Assembly (NCBI RefSeq): GCF_964204865.1
Contig: NC_135263.1
Location: 11,842,001 to 11,906,000, forward strand
Reading direction: 5' to 3'
DNA length: 64,000 nt
Source of the DNA: Styela clava
Taxonomy: Eukaryota
The number at the start of each line of letters is the position of its first letter. The stretch's first letter is position 1. The position numbers were made by a program, and so were the translations under genes. The notes below the pieces were generated by a model. It worked only from the letters and a program-made list of their open reading frames with translations. It had not been told where the DNA came from and did no database searches. This document shows positions 15,701 to 30,700 of the stretch, piece after piece.

Positions 15701-18700
15701 CTCGGCTACTTTCAGAATTTATGGTCATTCGAGTTCTGCTAGAGCAGGGGTTCCCAACCGGGGCCTTGTGGCCCGTGTTCTTCCTAGTTTCATTGCTTGA
15801 TAAAGTCATTTCACCGGGTGTTTTCACTTTGTTGAGCATGAATTGTTTGAACATAATGAGATTTGGAATCTATCATTCAAAATAACACTATAAATACCAA
15901 TGGAAGGATAAAGAGGGGGGCCACCATGAGTGCTAAAACTCTTCAATATGGGCCACAGCCCACAAGCCCTAATGATTGGAAACCACTGTGCTAGAGCAAG
16001 GTTTCTCAAACTGGGCCATCAACCTCCTAGGGGGCCACCAAGCAGTTATCTGAGGGCCACGATCAGTGGTCTTCACTAGACACCCTTCACGATGACTGTC
16101 TGTATTGATAGTGAATGCAATTTGATCCCTTCTTTCGATTGTAGTACATTAATTCTTTTGCTTGCCAGCTTCTTATTATCAAATGTGCCGCACTAAATGA
16201 CTGAAAGAATAACTTTTTTCAAACTCTATACACCTGCAAGTATTTAATCATACATTGCTTTTATATACAACAAAATGATAGATGTACTGTCAAATAGACT
16301 TACCCATTTAATAAATTGGCAGTGAATGGGATGTGTACTGTTGAATAACTTTTTTCTTTAGTTTTAACAGTGAGTGTTCCCCTGTGATCAGCATCAGATC
16401 TTGCCAATAAAGCTGTAAAATGGGAACACTTACACAGATCCATACTGAGTTAGATAAATTAAAGGAAAAAATAAAGTACTTTGCAGAAAATGTTTTCTGA
16501 ATGCGGCTCTTGCAAAAAAAAAACTTCACAAAACCCTTGGTTAAAACCATATAAAAAATTATATGAATGACCCGAGAAGCAACAATATTAAGGATTCATG
16601 GGAGAATTCTTCAACAACTTGCCGCAAATTCAAGTCATAAAAGCACCAATTCAAATAGACAAGCAGTGAAAAACCTACCTGAAAATGTAATATTTGCTAC
16701 AAGAGTAAACACTGCATCAGATTTTTTCAGCTTTATCGGTTTGAATTGAATGGAGATGGCGGGATTCGAACCTGTCACTGTGATATTACTGATTAAAACT
16801 TCATGGTCTCCAGAATTAAGTAAAAACAGTGGAAGAGTTTTCGGATCATCTGAAAACAATGAGTGTCATGTCAAAAAGTATTTCATTCAAAATTTTATAA
16901 ATACAGACAGTTGCAGTGTATTGTAGTAAGAAAGACAACAGGTACATGACAACCAAAATAATCCATTGCTGGAAAGTTAGTTGGACATAACCACACGCGT
17001 CTATAATGAAATCAATAATTCATCAAGGGGCTCTTATTCATGCTGATCATAAGTTTGATTTCAACTGATTCAAAATTCAAATATTTCTGCAACGAAACGT
17101 ATTTTTTTTCTAACTTTGAATGATAAATCATTCTAACATCATAAATTTCAGAATATTTGATATCGAATTTCTCAAATCGCCTAACCTCTCGGTAACCAAT
17201 TTTAAGCAAAAAACTCGTATATATATTGGCTAAGTTAGTATGCCATACAAAAAGTTATCAGAATTCTTACCATATTGTTGTCTTAATGTTCCAAAATCAA
17301 GTAATTCTATGGATGAATATATCCCGGGAGCTGCAACAGAAAAATCAAGTTAAAAAATATATATTTTTACTTTTACCAATGTAAGCCTTTTTATGTCTTT
17401 ATGACAAATTCACCAATGGCCCAGTCCTGGGTAAATGGCCTTTTATGATTCTCTGTTTAATAAAATAACAGTTTTAATGACGCAAAGAACTTCGTATTTA
17501 ATTCTAACTTATTGAAACACTAGTTTTATTATTAAGAAGACATTGACAAACAGTGAAAATGCATACAAGGAAGTGATTTTTCAGTACTGTAACACAAAGC
17601 AAACAATTCCAAGAAATATGAACAATGCATTAAGAATTTATTGTAGATTTTTTATAAAGGGTTTGTACTTTTATCTGTAAAACTTTATGTTTAATAACAC
17701 GATTTGTATTTGTCTACACATTACAGGTGGCCATTTAAAATACTTGAAATAATAGAAATTTTATACCAGTATCAAAAGTTGCATTTTACTGGGAAAAGGT
17801 TTTACTTTTAATAATAACGACACACTTCATTATACATTACTTAATAAATGTAGGTTTAAAGTAAAAACATCAAATAACTTTAATTTTTAAGTTCAAGATT
17901 AAGTGAGAGGTCTAAATTCAATACAAATCCTTTCAATAACAAAACCAACTAGAGTTAGAGGTCAGTTACGTCAAGTCAATGTACAGTTCACAATGTTTGA
18001 GTATTAAATCTAAATAATGTAAATTAGAGTCTTCAGGCAAAGGGTTATGTCTTTATCCATATAATTCCAGAAGCCCATGGCATTTCAGTGGTTCACCCAT
18101 AACTAAAAGATGAGCCATCTCTACTTCTAAATGAGTGTATGTGATTATGACATAGTCATAATATAGTACCTAAGTAAACTTCCAATACCCGAGACAATTT
18201 ATGCCATCTAACTAAGAAGAGTCTCGAAGTTTTTTCGTAACTAAATTTTTTCTATCTATTGGGTTTTTACGTGAGTATTTACTTCTCCGTTATCTATGCT
18301 TTTGCGCAGGTGGATCTGTATGCATATAATGCAAGGATGCCATAGTAGGGGGTGAAGATAACTTTCCTAAGTGATTCAATAAGTCGTGCTAAACACTAAC
18401 ACAAATATATTTTTAAAACGTTTCGTAACATAACGTTTCCAAAGTTTGTATTTGGGTATAGAGTATTTGGTTGTATTGAGTTGAACTATGTATGTCTGAG
18501 GAAGTCTGCCCTCAGTCAGAAATTGTTACAGAAATATATTTGTAATAGTGTGCAGCAAGACTATTGAATCATTAAAAAATTTTTAGTCGTCTTTAGTAAA
18601 AAAATAATTGAAATTCTGTCTCATCATCATCTGATCATTATTTAGTTGATTCTGGCCATTCTCAACAGATTAGAAGAACTGTTCAATAAATTAGTAAAAT

Positions 18701-21700
18701 AAATTGATAATAATATTAACCTGATGACACTTCAACCTCCATTGGTAAAATATGATCAGAGTTTAAATTTTCCATGTGAGCAGTTTTAATCCTGATAAAA
18801 GCTGTATGATTCGCTTCCACATGACCAAGAAACCTTGCTCGTATTAATTGTTTTGTTTCATAAGGTGGTATTTCCTGAAAAGTAATACTGAACATTATTA
18901 TCAAACATTTTGTATAGATAAATGTTAAAAAATTGTAAAAATTAAAACATTATACCAAAAATTTCCATAGAATGAGTTAGGATTTTTATATTTATCCAGG
19001 AGATGAGGAACAACATAATTATATGGGAAACTGGCCTCTTGTTTGGTAACAAGTCTATGTCTGGTATCGAAAATATTAACCCATTATTCATTTAATATGC
19101 TTTGATTCAATTGCTGAGGAAGCCGCATCATTCCAGAAGTCATAGGAAACTCCCCAGATGCAAGCAGTCCAGCAATACTCTCAAGCATATTTTTTATATA
19201 CGTGGGGTGGCATTAAATTGTCTGTCTACTTTTTCACTTTTGGGGGGATAAAAATTTTTTGATCATGTTACGAGACTTCCATTGCTGAAACGATCATTTT
19301 CAAATAAAACTATTGTAAACTGACATTAAAACCAAAATTTTAATAAACACCTATAAAATATTTATAAATATATAAAATTTAGAATTTTTAAACTTCATTA
19401 TAAAAGTTTGAAAATGATATTAGCCTTGGTTATCACTGGCACTAAAAAATTGATTCCACAACGTCTGTCAGCTTAGCAAAACTATAAACTATTTAGCATT
19501 GAATAAGAAGTTTATAGGGTTTCAAACAAACAATATGTTCAGAGTGAATCAGCCTTGTCAACAACAATTTCTTTCTTTCACCTCAAGCCATAATAAAAAA
19601 GAAAATATGATACTACTCGGCAGGCAGAAAATAATCATAATACGCCGGGATGAGTGACAGAAAGACAATAAATACCCTTCAGATTATACTTGTGACGTAC
19701 AAAAAAGAATGTCATACATAGCGTAGAAGACGTTCCATGTAGGCCTATATCTACAAATCAAGACTTCAAATATAATTAATATTCCTAATATAAACTAGAG
19801 TATGAGAGATAAATTTTTCCTTTTTTTTTATATAACCTAAAACATAAAATTTCACTACTTTGTGAGTAAAACAACTGCGGATATATAAAATTTCAGTAAA
19901 TCTACATGACTTTTTATGGTTTACAATCGATGTTGGTTTACCACACATCAATCTACAGCAATCTAAAGCATAAAGGTGATTCGAAATGAATATATTCAAC
20001 TATAAACCCCCTCATCCCACAAGGTTAGCTGATTTGCCTTATGTGTGTACGCCTGTTATAATGGAAAATGAAGATAATCCTAGACTATTATGATTGAGGT
20101 AGACTGTCTTCTGAAGCATCCAGATGGAATAATGTTGTTGCATAGCTGTTTGTTGTGAACATATGATTGTTGTTACCCTAATATTGATGGAAATTAGATG
20201 CTGAATACACATGTATCAGGTGCTTATTATATATTCAATATGAAATTGTAGCCTACTTGAAATTCCTGCAGTTCCGTATCAGCTAATTTTCAAAAAAAGA
20301 GAAAGAAGACACTGGAAATCTTCAAAAATTATAATAATAGCAAAAAGGGTAGGTAGAAATTTGATATATATTATCTACAAAAAAGCAGGCTACACAATTA
20401 CTTATATAGACTGAAAGGATCAGAAATCAGAATAAAAATAAACCAGATCAAAAATGGTAAATCGACACTGCTCTGCTATTTACATTCCATTAGAATAAGG
20501 GACATGATAAAATAAACAATACTAGTACGACAAAGAAACTGTGTGGTATCATATAACTGCTAGTGTTGCTAGGCAGGCCCTTCATGGTTGACTAATCACA
20601 AAAAATGGCAAGTCTCAAAAGAGAATTTGATTTCAATAAAGAGAGAAAGTGAAAAAAGAAAATCGATTGTAGGTTGGAATATTTTTGTATGAAAGAGCAT
20701 TACAGTATTAGAAACGAATCAAATAAAAAAAAATAGCCCGTTTTATTCCTGTAAATACCATTTAAATTACCATGGCAAAAAATTTCCAGCACTGATCTAT
20801 ACATAACTAAGAATGGTTATTTTATAACTAAAATATATTAATACCAGTACACAAGTTCAATGTTACCAACATGAATTTGTTCTAAAGCATTAGGAATTGT
20901 ATGATAATGATTGGCGAGCCGAACCATCATTATTGGCATCATAACCGATTCATAAGATAGAGATATCAGATTGAAGCACTAAGCCCATCCCTTTACTCGA
21001 GTGTAAAAATCAAAAATCGTATCTCTCCAAAATCAATGAAAATGTATAGGCGATGTATCCGTGCACCTTTTTCAGATCAAAAGTTGTAAAACACCTCATG
21101 TTAATATATCGACGCATGAAATCCAAATTGGGCCAAGTCCATTTTTCTAGTTTTGAGAAAAACGCAAAAAACATTTTTTTTTTGTTTCTTTTTTTTATTT
21201 CTCTAATACCTTACATCGAGGATGTGTAGTTTTTATGGTCCACCAAAGTTACAATGAAGGCCATAATTTTCTGGACCAGAAACAATTTTATTGGACTTAG
21301 GGCCCCTTTATTATGTTATTATAGAGGCTGGTATGGACTTAGCGCTTTGTATTATATTTTTTGAGAGGAGCTATGTCCAGAAAACGGACTTAGCCCCAAC
21401 TTACAATGCAGTTATTCAGAGCTAAGTCCACTATAGTAGACACAGCTCTGTTTAGTTCTCAAATGCCCTAAAAAAAGCAGGGTTATGTCTATAGCTGTCT
21501 TGAGATCTAGAGCACCTAGAGATAAGGCAAATAGACCAAAATGTAGAGCTAAGTCCAGGAAAATCAGCAATTGAAAAATGTCATTTTTTGGAAAAGTGGA
21601 CTTAGCACTGTTTGGTTTTGAGGTGTCGATATAGTGATCAAAATTGATGGTAAACCCTCGAAAACTACTCAAGATTTAATATCGTCACCTGTCAATATCT

Positions 21701-24700
21701 CTATACCCATGTAAAATTCTATTTCGAAGATTGCTAGGTGAAGTATGAGATTATTAACACAAAATTGCATACAAAAATATAATGTGCTATTTACAAAACA
21801 ATGCATGGGTAACTGATTCTAAAAACACATAACAAAATGTCTGTGATGAATTACTACAAATGCATTATATAAAAAATATATATTTAATATATTGCATAAA
21901 AATATTTATTGTTCGCTGATATAACCATTGAAGACGAATATTGCATAGTCGTCAAAAAGACTGAATATGTGAATTACACAATTGTGTTCATATACAACAT
22001 AATTCTGTGTTGTCACAGGTGTTGTTTACAATTTGTAATAAAGATTTGACGATTATTTCCACACAAATAAATCTGATTCAACAAAAATTTGGAATCAAAG
22101 ATAATATGAGAAAATGAGATTTTGATAAAAATAGTGATCATAATTCATTTTTATGCTGAATCAATCACTGTATATCCTTGTATATAAGCAGACCCCCTGA
22201 AATTGACCCTACCCAAGTGAGTTTATAAAAATTCGAATATAAGCCGACCCTACATATTGTACACTCTTATCGTGAGAACTTGTTCGATTTGTAGTTGTTG
22301 GAATTACCGTAAGTTAGCATAATGTAATTTCGTTTGAGTGCTATCAAATTTTTGCCTCTTCTTTAAGTTTCGAACTCGACTTATATACTGTAGTAATATT
22401 TCAACTTGATGAGAAATACAGAGAAAAATTCATGAACTTTGACTGTGCAAAATCTACAGTTTCCTGTATAAATACACACTTGCGTTAAAAATGCGTTAAA
22501 AAAATGCAATAGTTACAAAACCTACCCATTGATCTTTATCAATTTCATGTTGTCCCTGAGGAAGCTGAAGTTGTAAAAATCCACTTGAACTATACATTTC
22601 TGTTACCTGAAATAGGTAAAGTTAAGTTTTAGTGACATTCCGAAGCAAAGTTTTACTATAGACAGTGGCATTCCGAAGTAAAGTTTTACTATAGACTTGG
22701 GATCGTAAAAAGTTTCGGATAGAACAAATGTCACAATACTTCTAATAGTGTTATAAAGTTGATTTTTGAAGGAAATATGTTCTTTTTGATTTGAAATATT
22801 CAGAATCCCATACATACATTTGGTAAAATCAATGTATACCTCCATTCAAACTTCAAAGTATTTATAAGAGTACAAAATGCACGAGTTGAATTTGAACCCT
22901 TTCGACTGCTGGAAACAATACAAAAAACACCAAATATCAATAGACAAGGATAGTTAAATTGTAGATGATCGATAATTGGATGTGCTTTTGAATGTGATAC
23001 AATTGCATTGAATAACCATCATGAAAACATGTAAAACAATGCTTATAAATTAAAATGATGATTTTCTCAAAAGCAAATGTCATATTCATCTTATTGGCAA
23101 AAGAACATTAAATATTTGGATAGAACTTTGGATAGAACATTAAACTTGGATTGAAGATAAATCGCTTTTTTAGTATTTTTTTAGTTGGATGGAAAAACAA
23201 CAGCAAGTTTTGACAAACAATGAAATAAGGCATGGTCCAAATAATTTAAATGGCATTCTGTTTATATAAAGCATCATTGCACATGAAAGCCCTCTCAGAG
23301 GTGTGTTACTTCTAAAAATATACAGCGACTTCTCTCATACAAATCGTCTGGAGCCTAGGAATAGCAAATGAAACTACCTACTTCATGCCAAATAACAGAT
23401 AAATGATAAATCGTAAGATTAGATCCATTGACTACTAATGTATTGCAATTTGCAATGATTATTTAAAAACTTAACAACCACCAAACTCAAATTATAAACA
23501 TATGCCTTTTAGCAGACTTGAAAAATTTGTGTGGGTAGTGGATTAAGATTACTCCAATACTGTTCCATTCTTATAAATTAAGATTCATATTGGTATAACG
23601 TTTTACTTGGTTACATTTATAGTCTGGGAGGCATGGTCAACTAAATTTTTAATACGATAACAGAGATGGGTGTGTGGAACAGCGTTCCTTATTTGCTAAG
23701 CGGTCGAGCAGAACGCCGGCAGTTAAATCTCCAAACCTAATATTTGCTTTCGAGGTCATAAATCCTTAAAGATCGTTTTTTTATATATAAGATATAGTTG
23801 ACTCAAGCAAAAATAGGACAGTTTATCTATAAAATATACTCGATTGTGCAAATGCCTACATATATATCATTTGCCGTGTCTATGGCGGAATATTATGGTA
23901 TATACAGATAATATTATATTTCTTAACATTATAACTAGTTGGTTATTAATAAAATCAGAAACTTTGTTAGAAAAGTTATTTAATAATTGCAACTTTGATC
24001 ATTTACTTAAAGTACTGACAGACTTGAAATACAAGTTTGGTCAAAGTCGCAGTCTATTTATCTATAAAATCTGAAAGTAATTTTAAAATAATTTTTTTAG
24101 GATAGAATAGGATTTACATATTCATCCCTGGGGAAAGGAAAGTTGATAAGATGGCTTATTCATATTATGACGAACCAAGGCCTCTCGCCAGGTTACTCGT
24201 CAGTCCATGATGGGTATGGGATTAGTTGGCCAGTTATTAGTATCATGTGCATGGACAAATGGATGCCGGAGGAAGCTGTTACAAATCAGTGGTTATGTGG
24301 AGCACCACCCTATCTCAAATATTGAATTGCATTTAACCTTCAAATTGCAGTTCAACTTACAATTTCCTACTTTCCAAACCGAACAATGAATGATGAAAAT
24401 TTTTCTTTACCTATGAGTCTGTGCAAGTGGCCATAAAATATCTTAAGAGAAGTCAAGTATACTCACTTGTAAAGGTTCACTTGTTGGATTATGCATACTA
24501 ATTAAAGGTGAAAAACTGCTGTTGATTGGAACTCTCGCACCAAGGTATGGTCGCAACCTGTATGGATTCGGAATTCCAACCCCAAATACCTAAAAAAAGA
24601 AAAAGGACACTCCTAAATATTATTCAAACAAGAATATGATACTTGCAAATAGCTGAATAGGGGAGTATACACGATGCATATTTGAATACATAACATCAAT

Positions 24701-27700
24701 TTAGTAAATACTGATACTTTCATAATGCTACGGTGTATCATCACTTCAAACACTTCATATTTTAGTCTTCTTTTGAACACCAACCAATGTGAAACTATCA
24801 ATAAGTATATATATACAAGGAAAGCATATTTCATAATCTTGTTTTAGCATGACTTTAAATCACAGAAATAAAATTAAAACAAAATAAAGATAGCATTATA
24901 TAGCTGATTAGGCTAAATGCATTGTTTTGTTACAATCGATAACATGTATTTTTAAATTTAGATTCATTATTATTTATTTAGAATACGAACACCTCGAAGA
25001 AAAGCAGACCACCAAAACGTCGCCGTAGAGCGGTTACACCACGTGCTTGGAAGACGATAATAAACCTGAGAGGCGCGAAAACTACAAGAAAATCAAGGGA
25101 GTGTGAAGCGTGAAGCACGCGACTCTCGTCTGCGAATTCGTCGTCTGCCAAAAGGTAATTGGAAAATTGGCCAAATCTCCTCGAGTAATAGTAAAATTTG
25201 CTGAAGGGATAGTAATTTGAATTTTGAGGTATGGTATGGCGATCGATTTTTTTGATGATCGGAGGAAGCCGTTACATTTATTACCTCACGGAAATAAGTT
25301 CAGAGTACCACTATTACCGCGTCGCCCGTTCAGTGAAGGAAGTACAACCGACTCCACCGCGTGCCATTTATTATTACTCGTTTCATATTTAGTTGTGTAG
25401 CGCGAAAACCTAATCTAATCGAGCAGTCTGTGGTTGGGATAAAAGTTTCATACTGCGGGTGCCGATTTCCCGACTTCACAGCTACGAATTGAACAGCTGA
25501 AAACAACGGAGACCCAAACAATTCTTCCACAATCGTTTTGTGTGATCACATCTGAAAATAGCGCAAAAAAACAGGGAAGAAATGTGCGAATTCGACAAAT
25601 TCAAAACATCCCCAATACGTTTCCAGAAGCAATAAGTAAGACAGGTTAATGCTGTAATCGCCGATGCGCAGTGGTCAAGTGTTATTGATCACAAATCATG
25701 TAATATTCCAAATGAGTTTATTGACGGCCATTCTCATAACACGTTGGTATGATATGCACAAGGTAGCTGTTTCGCACTATAAAGCAAGTTTCATTGCACA
25801 TAAAAGACCCAAAACTTCACGTTTATGGTTTTATGTTTTTACGTTTTATGGTTTTCCTCGATATTGATTGGCATCAATTTGCGACTAGGAGATCCGATTC
25901 ACACACAAGGATACATTACGATAAGCTGTAGGTAGGATTCTGAGTCACTACTACCGAGATGATAATCTCGTAGTACACTAGTCCCGACCGCTGAAAGCTA
26001 GAAATAAATGATCACATAATATATGACTTGGTTGCCGTATTTCAAATTATGTACAACTCGTGACATCGTGCTTAGAATTATTGAATTTTAGTCTTAAATC
26101 GTTCAACTTCCCGATATTTTGCCAAATCAAATCAGTACGAAAATTTTGAATGTTGTCCCGGGACAAAACTGCGCCTAAAGCACTAAAATATTATAATTAT
26201 TATTGTTTGCCATTATTTAAAGCAGTCAACGACCCGATCGTGGTGGCAACGAATTCGACTATAATAGTACCATTTCATTATGAATAAGTCATATTCGGTT
26301 GGCGACTTTAATACCACACATCAGTGATGGAGATAATAATCATATAATTTCAAATGCGTCGAAATATCAATCCATTATCCTGCGATTAGAACTTCACAAA
26401 AATAACAAAATCTGTTCAAATTATCGATGAAAGAATGATACACAATATATCAGACATCAATCATTAGCAACCAAAACTGTTTGAATTGTTAGTCCACAAA
26501 CCAACCGAAAATAAAAATTCATCCGATAGGTACATAAAAACATATAGAACGAATGCGTTAATATACGGGCATCAAAAACAAAATTATCTTGGCTACTAAT
26601 ACATCTTCCGTCCAAGTAAGCGCTAATGAATCGCGTTAAACTCGTGGACAGTTTACTATGCTTTGAAAGTCCGGTATTTTAAGCAGTGACATTATCAATG
26701 AATGTTGGCAGTGAGACGTAAAACGACGTGTTTTGGAAAGCGTGTCACCTTTCTCGTGGGAGCTATGACGTAACAAAATCTCCATAGCAATATGCGCATA
26801 AAGGCCACCGTAGCTTTCACACAAGACACTTTCTAACCATGAGATAAGATTTTGGTTTTCGTGTTCGTCAGCAACCAATTTCGGAGCACTTAGGATTTTG
26901 AGTTCAACTAAACTGGAATAGAATAATTTCTTAGTTGATAATAATCTTCTCAAAAATTTGCTATATGTGCTCCGCAGCTGACACTTTTATATCTGGATTT
27001 TGGCGGAAAACAGATTAAAATGTTCGTTACATTAGATTGAGTATGGTTCACATCGACGTACCAGCCTTCCACTCGTGGGCCATACATGTCCGAGTATTAC
27101 CGGTTGTGAAATTAGCCTAGATCAGGTAAGAATAGAAATTACTCTGTTAGTAAGGTCTATCTATGTAAACAGGACAAAAAACTTGCACACATCTCACGCA
27201 ACAGAGACGCAAAATTTCAACGCAACGCAATTCGATTAGAAGCGTCTCGAAATCCAAATCGTGGCGCAATGTGGTAAAATAATTAAATCCATCATGAGTG
27301 AGCAAATTTATACCTTCCGTAAACGACCAAGTTTTCCCAATATGAATTTTGTTTTCGTGTTGTGAGCATTAAAAACGCTCAAATAAATTAATTCGTGTAA
27401 AATTATCGACATTGAAAATTCTTTCCAACATTCGGAAATTCTTCAATTTTTATAGAATAAAATTTAGCACAGATAAATTAGCATGAATTTACTTCAAATT
27501 AGACCAATTTCAAAATTTAAATTAATTCCATAGTCAAATTGTAAAATACTAAAGTATTCGGATACTGACATCCGTAGCGGTGTACCGCGCATAAACGGCC
27601 GTTAATATTTTCCATCGGCGTATAACGTAAAAACGTTTTTGTCAGGATGGCCAGGCGTTAGAATTGTAAATGGCGGTTGCTAAGAAACGCATACCTGATT

Positions 27701-30700
27701 CGTGTATGGCGAATAGTATTCTTCATTGCGATAAGAATAAACGATTACCTATGTATCCGTATTTAAAATTAGCACACAACACCGACGTCAAACTATTTTT
27801 GGCGTCAGGCATGGAAACGTGTTCGAGTCACGTGACTAAACAACAGAACTGAATATGATTTCATATTTCACACAGAGTTGAAATACAACGCTGAAGTTTC
27901 TTTGTGTTGAGTTCAAACAAAAAGCCACAAAAATTACGTCAATTTAAAATGACATTACAGCAATTGGGCAAGTCCATACTAGCATTGATAGTTCAAATGA
28001 CCAATCCAAATTTGCTATAATGGGATTTGATATTTTCATTTTAAAGGGATAATTTACTACCTTATTTCTTAATCAATACCATAAAAATAGTTTATTAATC
28101 ATAAGATACAACAATTTTATCCAAAATTTGAAATTTAAGGTTCATTATGGTTTTACTTTTAAAGTAAATTCATCCAGGCTGTTCAAATCAAAATAAATCT
28201 CATGATGTAATTCCCGAATCCCTAAATCACATTTCTAATTTAAGTACATATTAAAAACAAGCTAAGTTGGAAAGAATGGATGGCAACTTTAATCAAGTGA
28301 TGATGTATAGTGTATACCAATGACAAATTTGAATTGATTCCAAGACTTGTTCTGGCATTTATCCAATTCTTGTGATGCATACCTAGCTCTCTAAACCAGA
28401 GATGGCCAAAAGCGAATACTGTAATCTACTATTCTGAATACATTCTAAAATAATATTTTGGAATATAGAATAGTGTATGTTAAACGAAGAACATGTAGAA
28501 GCCATTGCATATTTAAGAACTTGATTTTGAAAAGTTAAGACATAAAAACAATGATTTAATGAGTTCTCTATTACGAAGTTTTCAGGAATTAAATGAAGGC
28601 ATTTTTGTCACACTGTGGCCTGTGATACTTCTTATACTTAAAATATATTTTTGAAATGATACCTTTCTAAATTACGGTAATCATAAAATTAATATTTAAA
28701 ATATTGAATATCAGTAAGTGATTCATTTTGATTATAAATGCTCTCTATACCTTTGTTTCGCATTTTACCATAATGTGGAAGCCAGTATACATACAAAAGA
28801 TGAAGTAGAATACATGAAGTCATAGAAACACGTCTGTAAGGGCGTATTATACTTTCCACACATGGATCTACAAAACCAACTTGGTTCATTCTTTGTGTAA
28901 ATACCAGTATTGAATATCAGTCGTCTTGAAAACACTTTAAATAGCGATGTTCTATTTGGGTTTCTGACACACAATAAAGTATTCAGCATAGGAAGGACAC
29001 GAATTTGTTTTCTTTATATACCTTTTCCTTCTATTTAGCAATGATATGCTGCATGGAAGAATGGGTATTTAGAGTAATATCAACTTAATATACTCAGTTT
29101 ATAAAAATTCTAAAAATTTTGTTTTTTGAAATTAAATCTGTCCATTTGTATTGCTATACCCACACAAAAGTTCTATCAAACCCAGGCTTTTCTCTGATAA
29201 AAACTAATCAATTTACTCCGAAAAGCAATATTTTAGTTGATCAGTCAATTCATTTTCTCTACATCTATTTGCATAGCATCAGTAAATCTTACATTCTATC
29301 TATCATGAGTATGAGAATACAACAGCAGATTAGATCAACATTATGTTAAAAAAAAAAAATTGATCTGAGTGGCTTGATTTTGATTATTAGTGAATCAATT
29401 TCACGAAAATGATTTTGGTTATTATTACATATCATTACAAATTGGTTTTCAAGAGGGTATGAATAAGAGTAAAAATTTTCACCATAGTAATAATAGAACA
29501 AATACAAAATGTCATACCAGGAAGGAAATTGGCAGTGTTACATGACTTCTTGTTGCTATTCACATACATAAATGCAACATGATCGAAATCACGTTTTATT
29601 TGACATATGTCATTGTTTGTATAACTACAGGCACATTATTTCGGTTTGGTAACAGCAGTGACATGACATTGACAAATATTGTGGTACAAATATAAGAGTA
29701 TTGAAATAAAATTTAAATTTGTATGTGATTCTCAATCATCAATACTCATTTGTGATTCTTCTCAAAGTGCATACATATGGAAAAACCAACAGGTTAACTA
29801 GTCTTGTGAAGGGTGATGAATGATAATGATTAATCTGCCTTGTCAAATTTGCCAACCTACATAAATACACACAGATAAATTGAACTTAGTTTTCAATGAT
29901 ATCCAAAAATTCAGTATATATCTCATAATCATATTGTAAAATTTGTGATACACGACAGGACAGAAGAATATTGTTATCTATGGCTAGAGCAAGTGCTGTT
30001 CTATGACAACAGTTATAAAACTGTGCTGAACTATTAGCTGAATTGCACAAGGAAACTGTGCTATTGTAAGCCTCCACAAAATTCAAATTACACGATATAG
30101 GCAGATACAAAACAGTTTGTGAAGAACACACCTATATTAACATCAATATCAAATCTTTGATAAAGTAGAGACCGAATAACATTGATGTTAGATGAACACA
30201 GGCCATGGTAAGACATAATGCAACATATATATTGCAGCAAACTATGCATTAAGCAGAGGCATTAAGTCAACACCAAACTGTATTTGACTGGTTGTGTACA
30301 ATACAAAAATTCAACAAACATTGTGGTGTGGTTAAAAAAAGTAACAGCAAACTGTCTTAATCAAACATGGCTTTAGATGAAATTCCATTAATTCAGCATT
30401 TTCAATTATTATCGATAAGATAGAGAAATCGGAATGGATGGAAGGAGGAAAATAATGAGAAGAGGTATTACTTTTCATGGTGGTTAATTTAAGGCATCAA
30501 CGTCTTTATAAAAAAGTAGAATTACTGTGAAGAAAATTGTGTTATATTTAACCTGATAAATGTGGTATTATTTCGATATAGATATATTAGATTTAAAATC
30601 ACCAACCAACATAGAATGCTTTTATCATCACAGCTATGTTTATGACATTTCATAGTAAGGCCATCTGGAAAAATTTGTGTCATTTTAGTAACAAAAACCC

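Noticed and set aside
15366-15854. 162-aa ORF as a stand-alone gene
   Set aside because: Chance read-through from a MITE and intron into TMEM131 exon 13; only 15429-15573 is homologous.
24143-24389. Plus-strand ORFs / nested gene exon
   Set aside because: The sequence is a SINE-like repeat with other copies in the window.
26636-26953. 105-aa ORF in intron 6
   Set aside because: Non-ATG start, no recognisable homology, no flanking splice-site pair supporting it.
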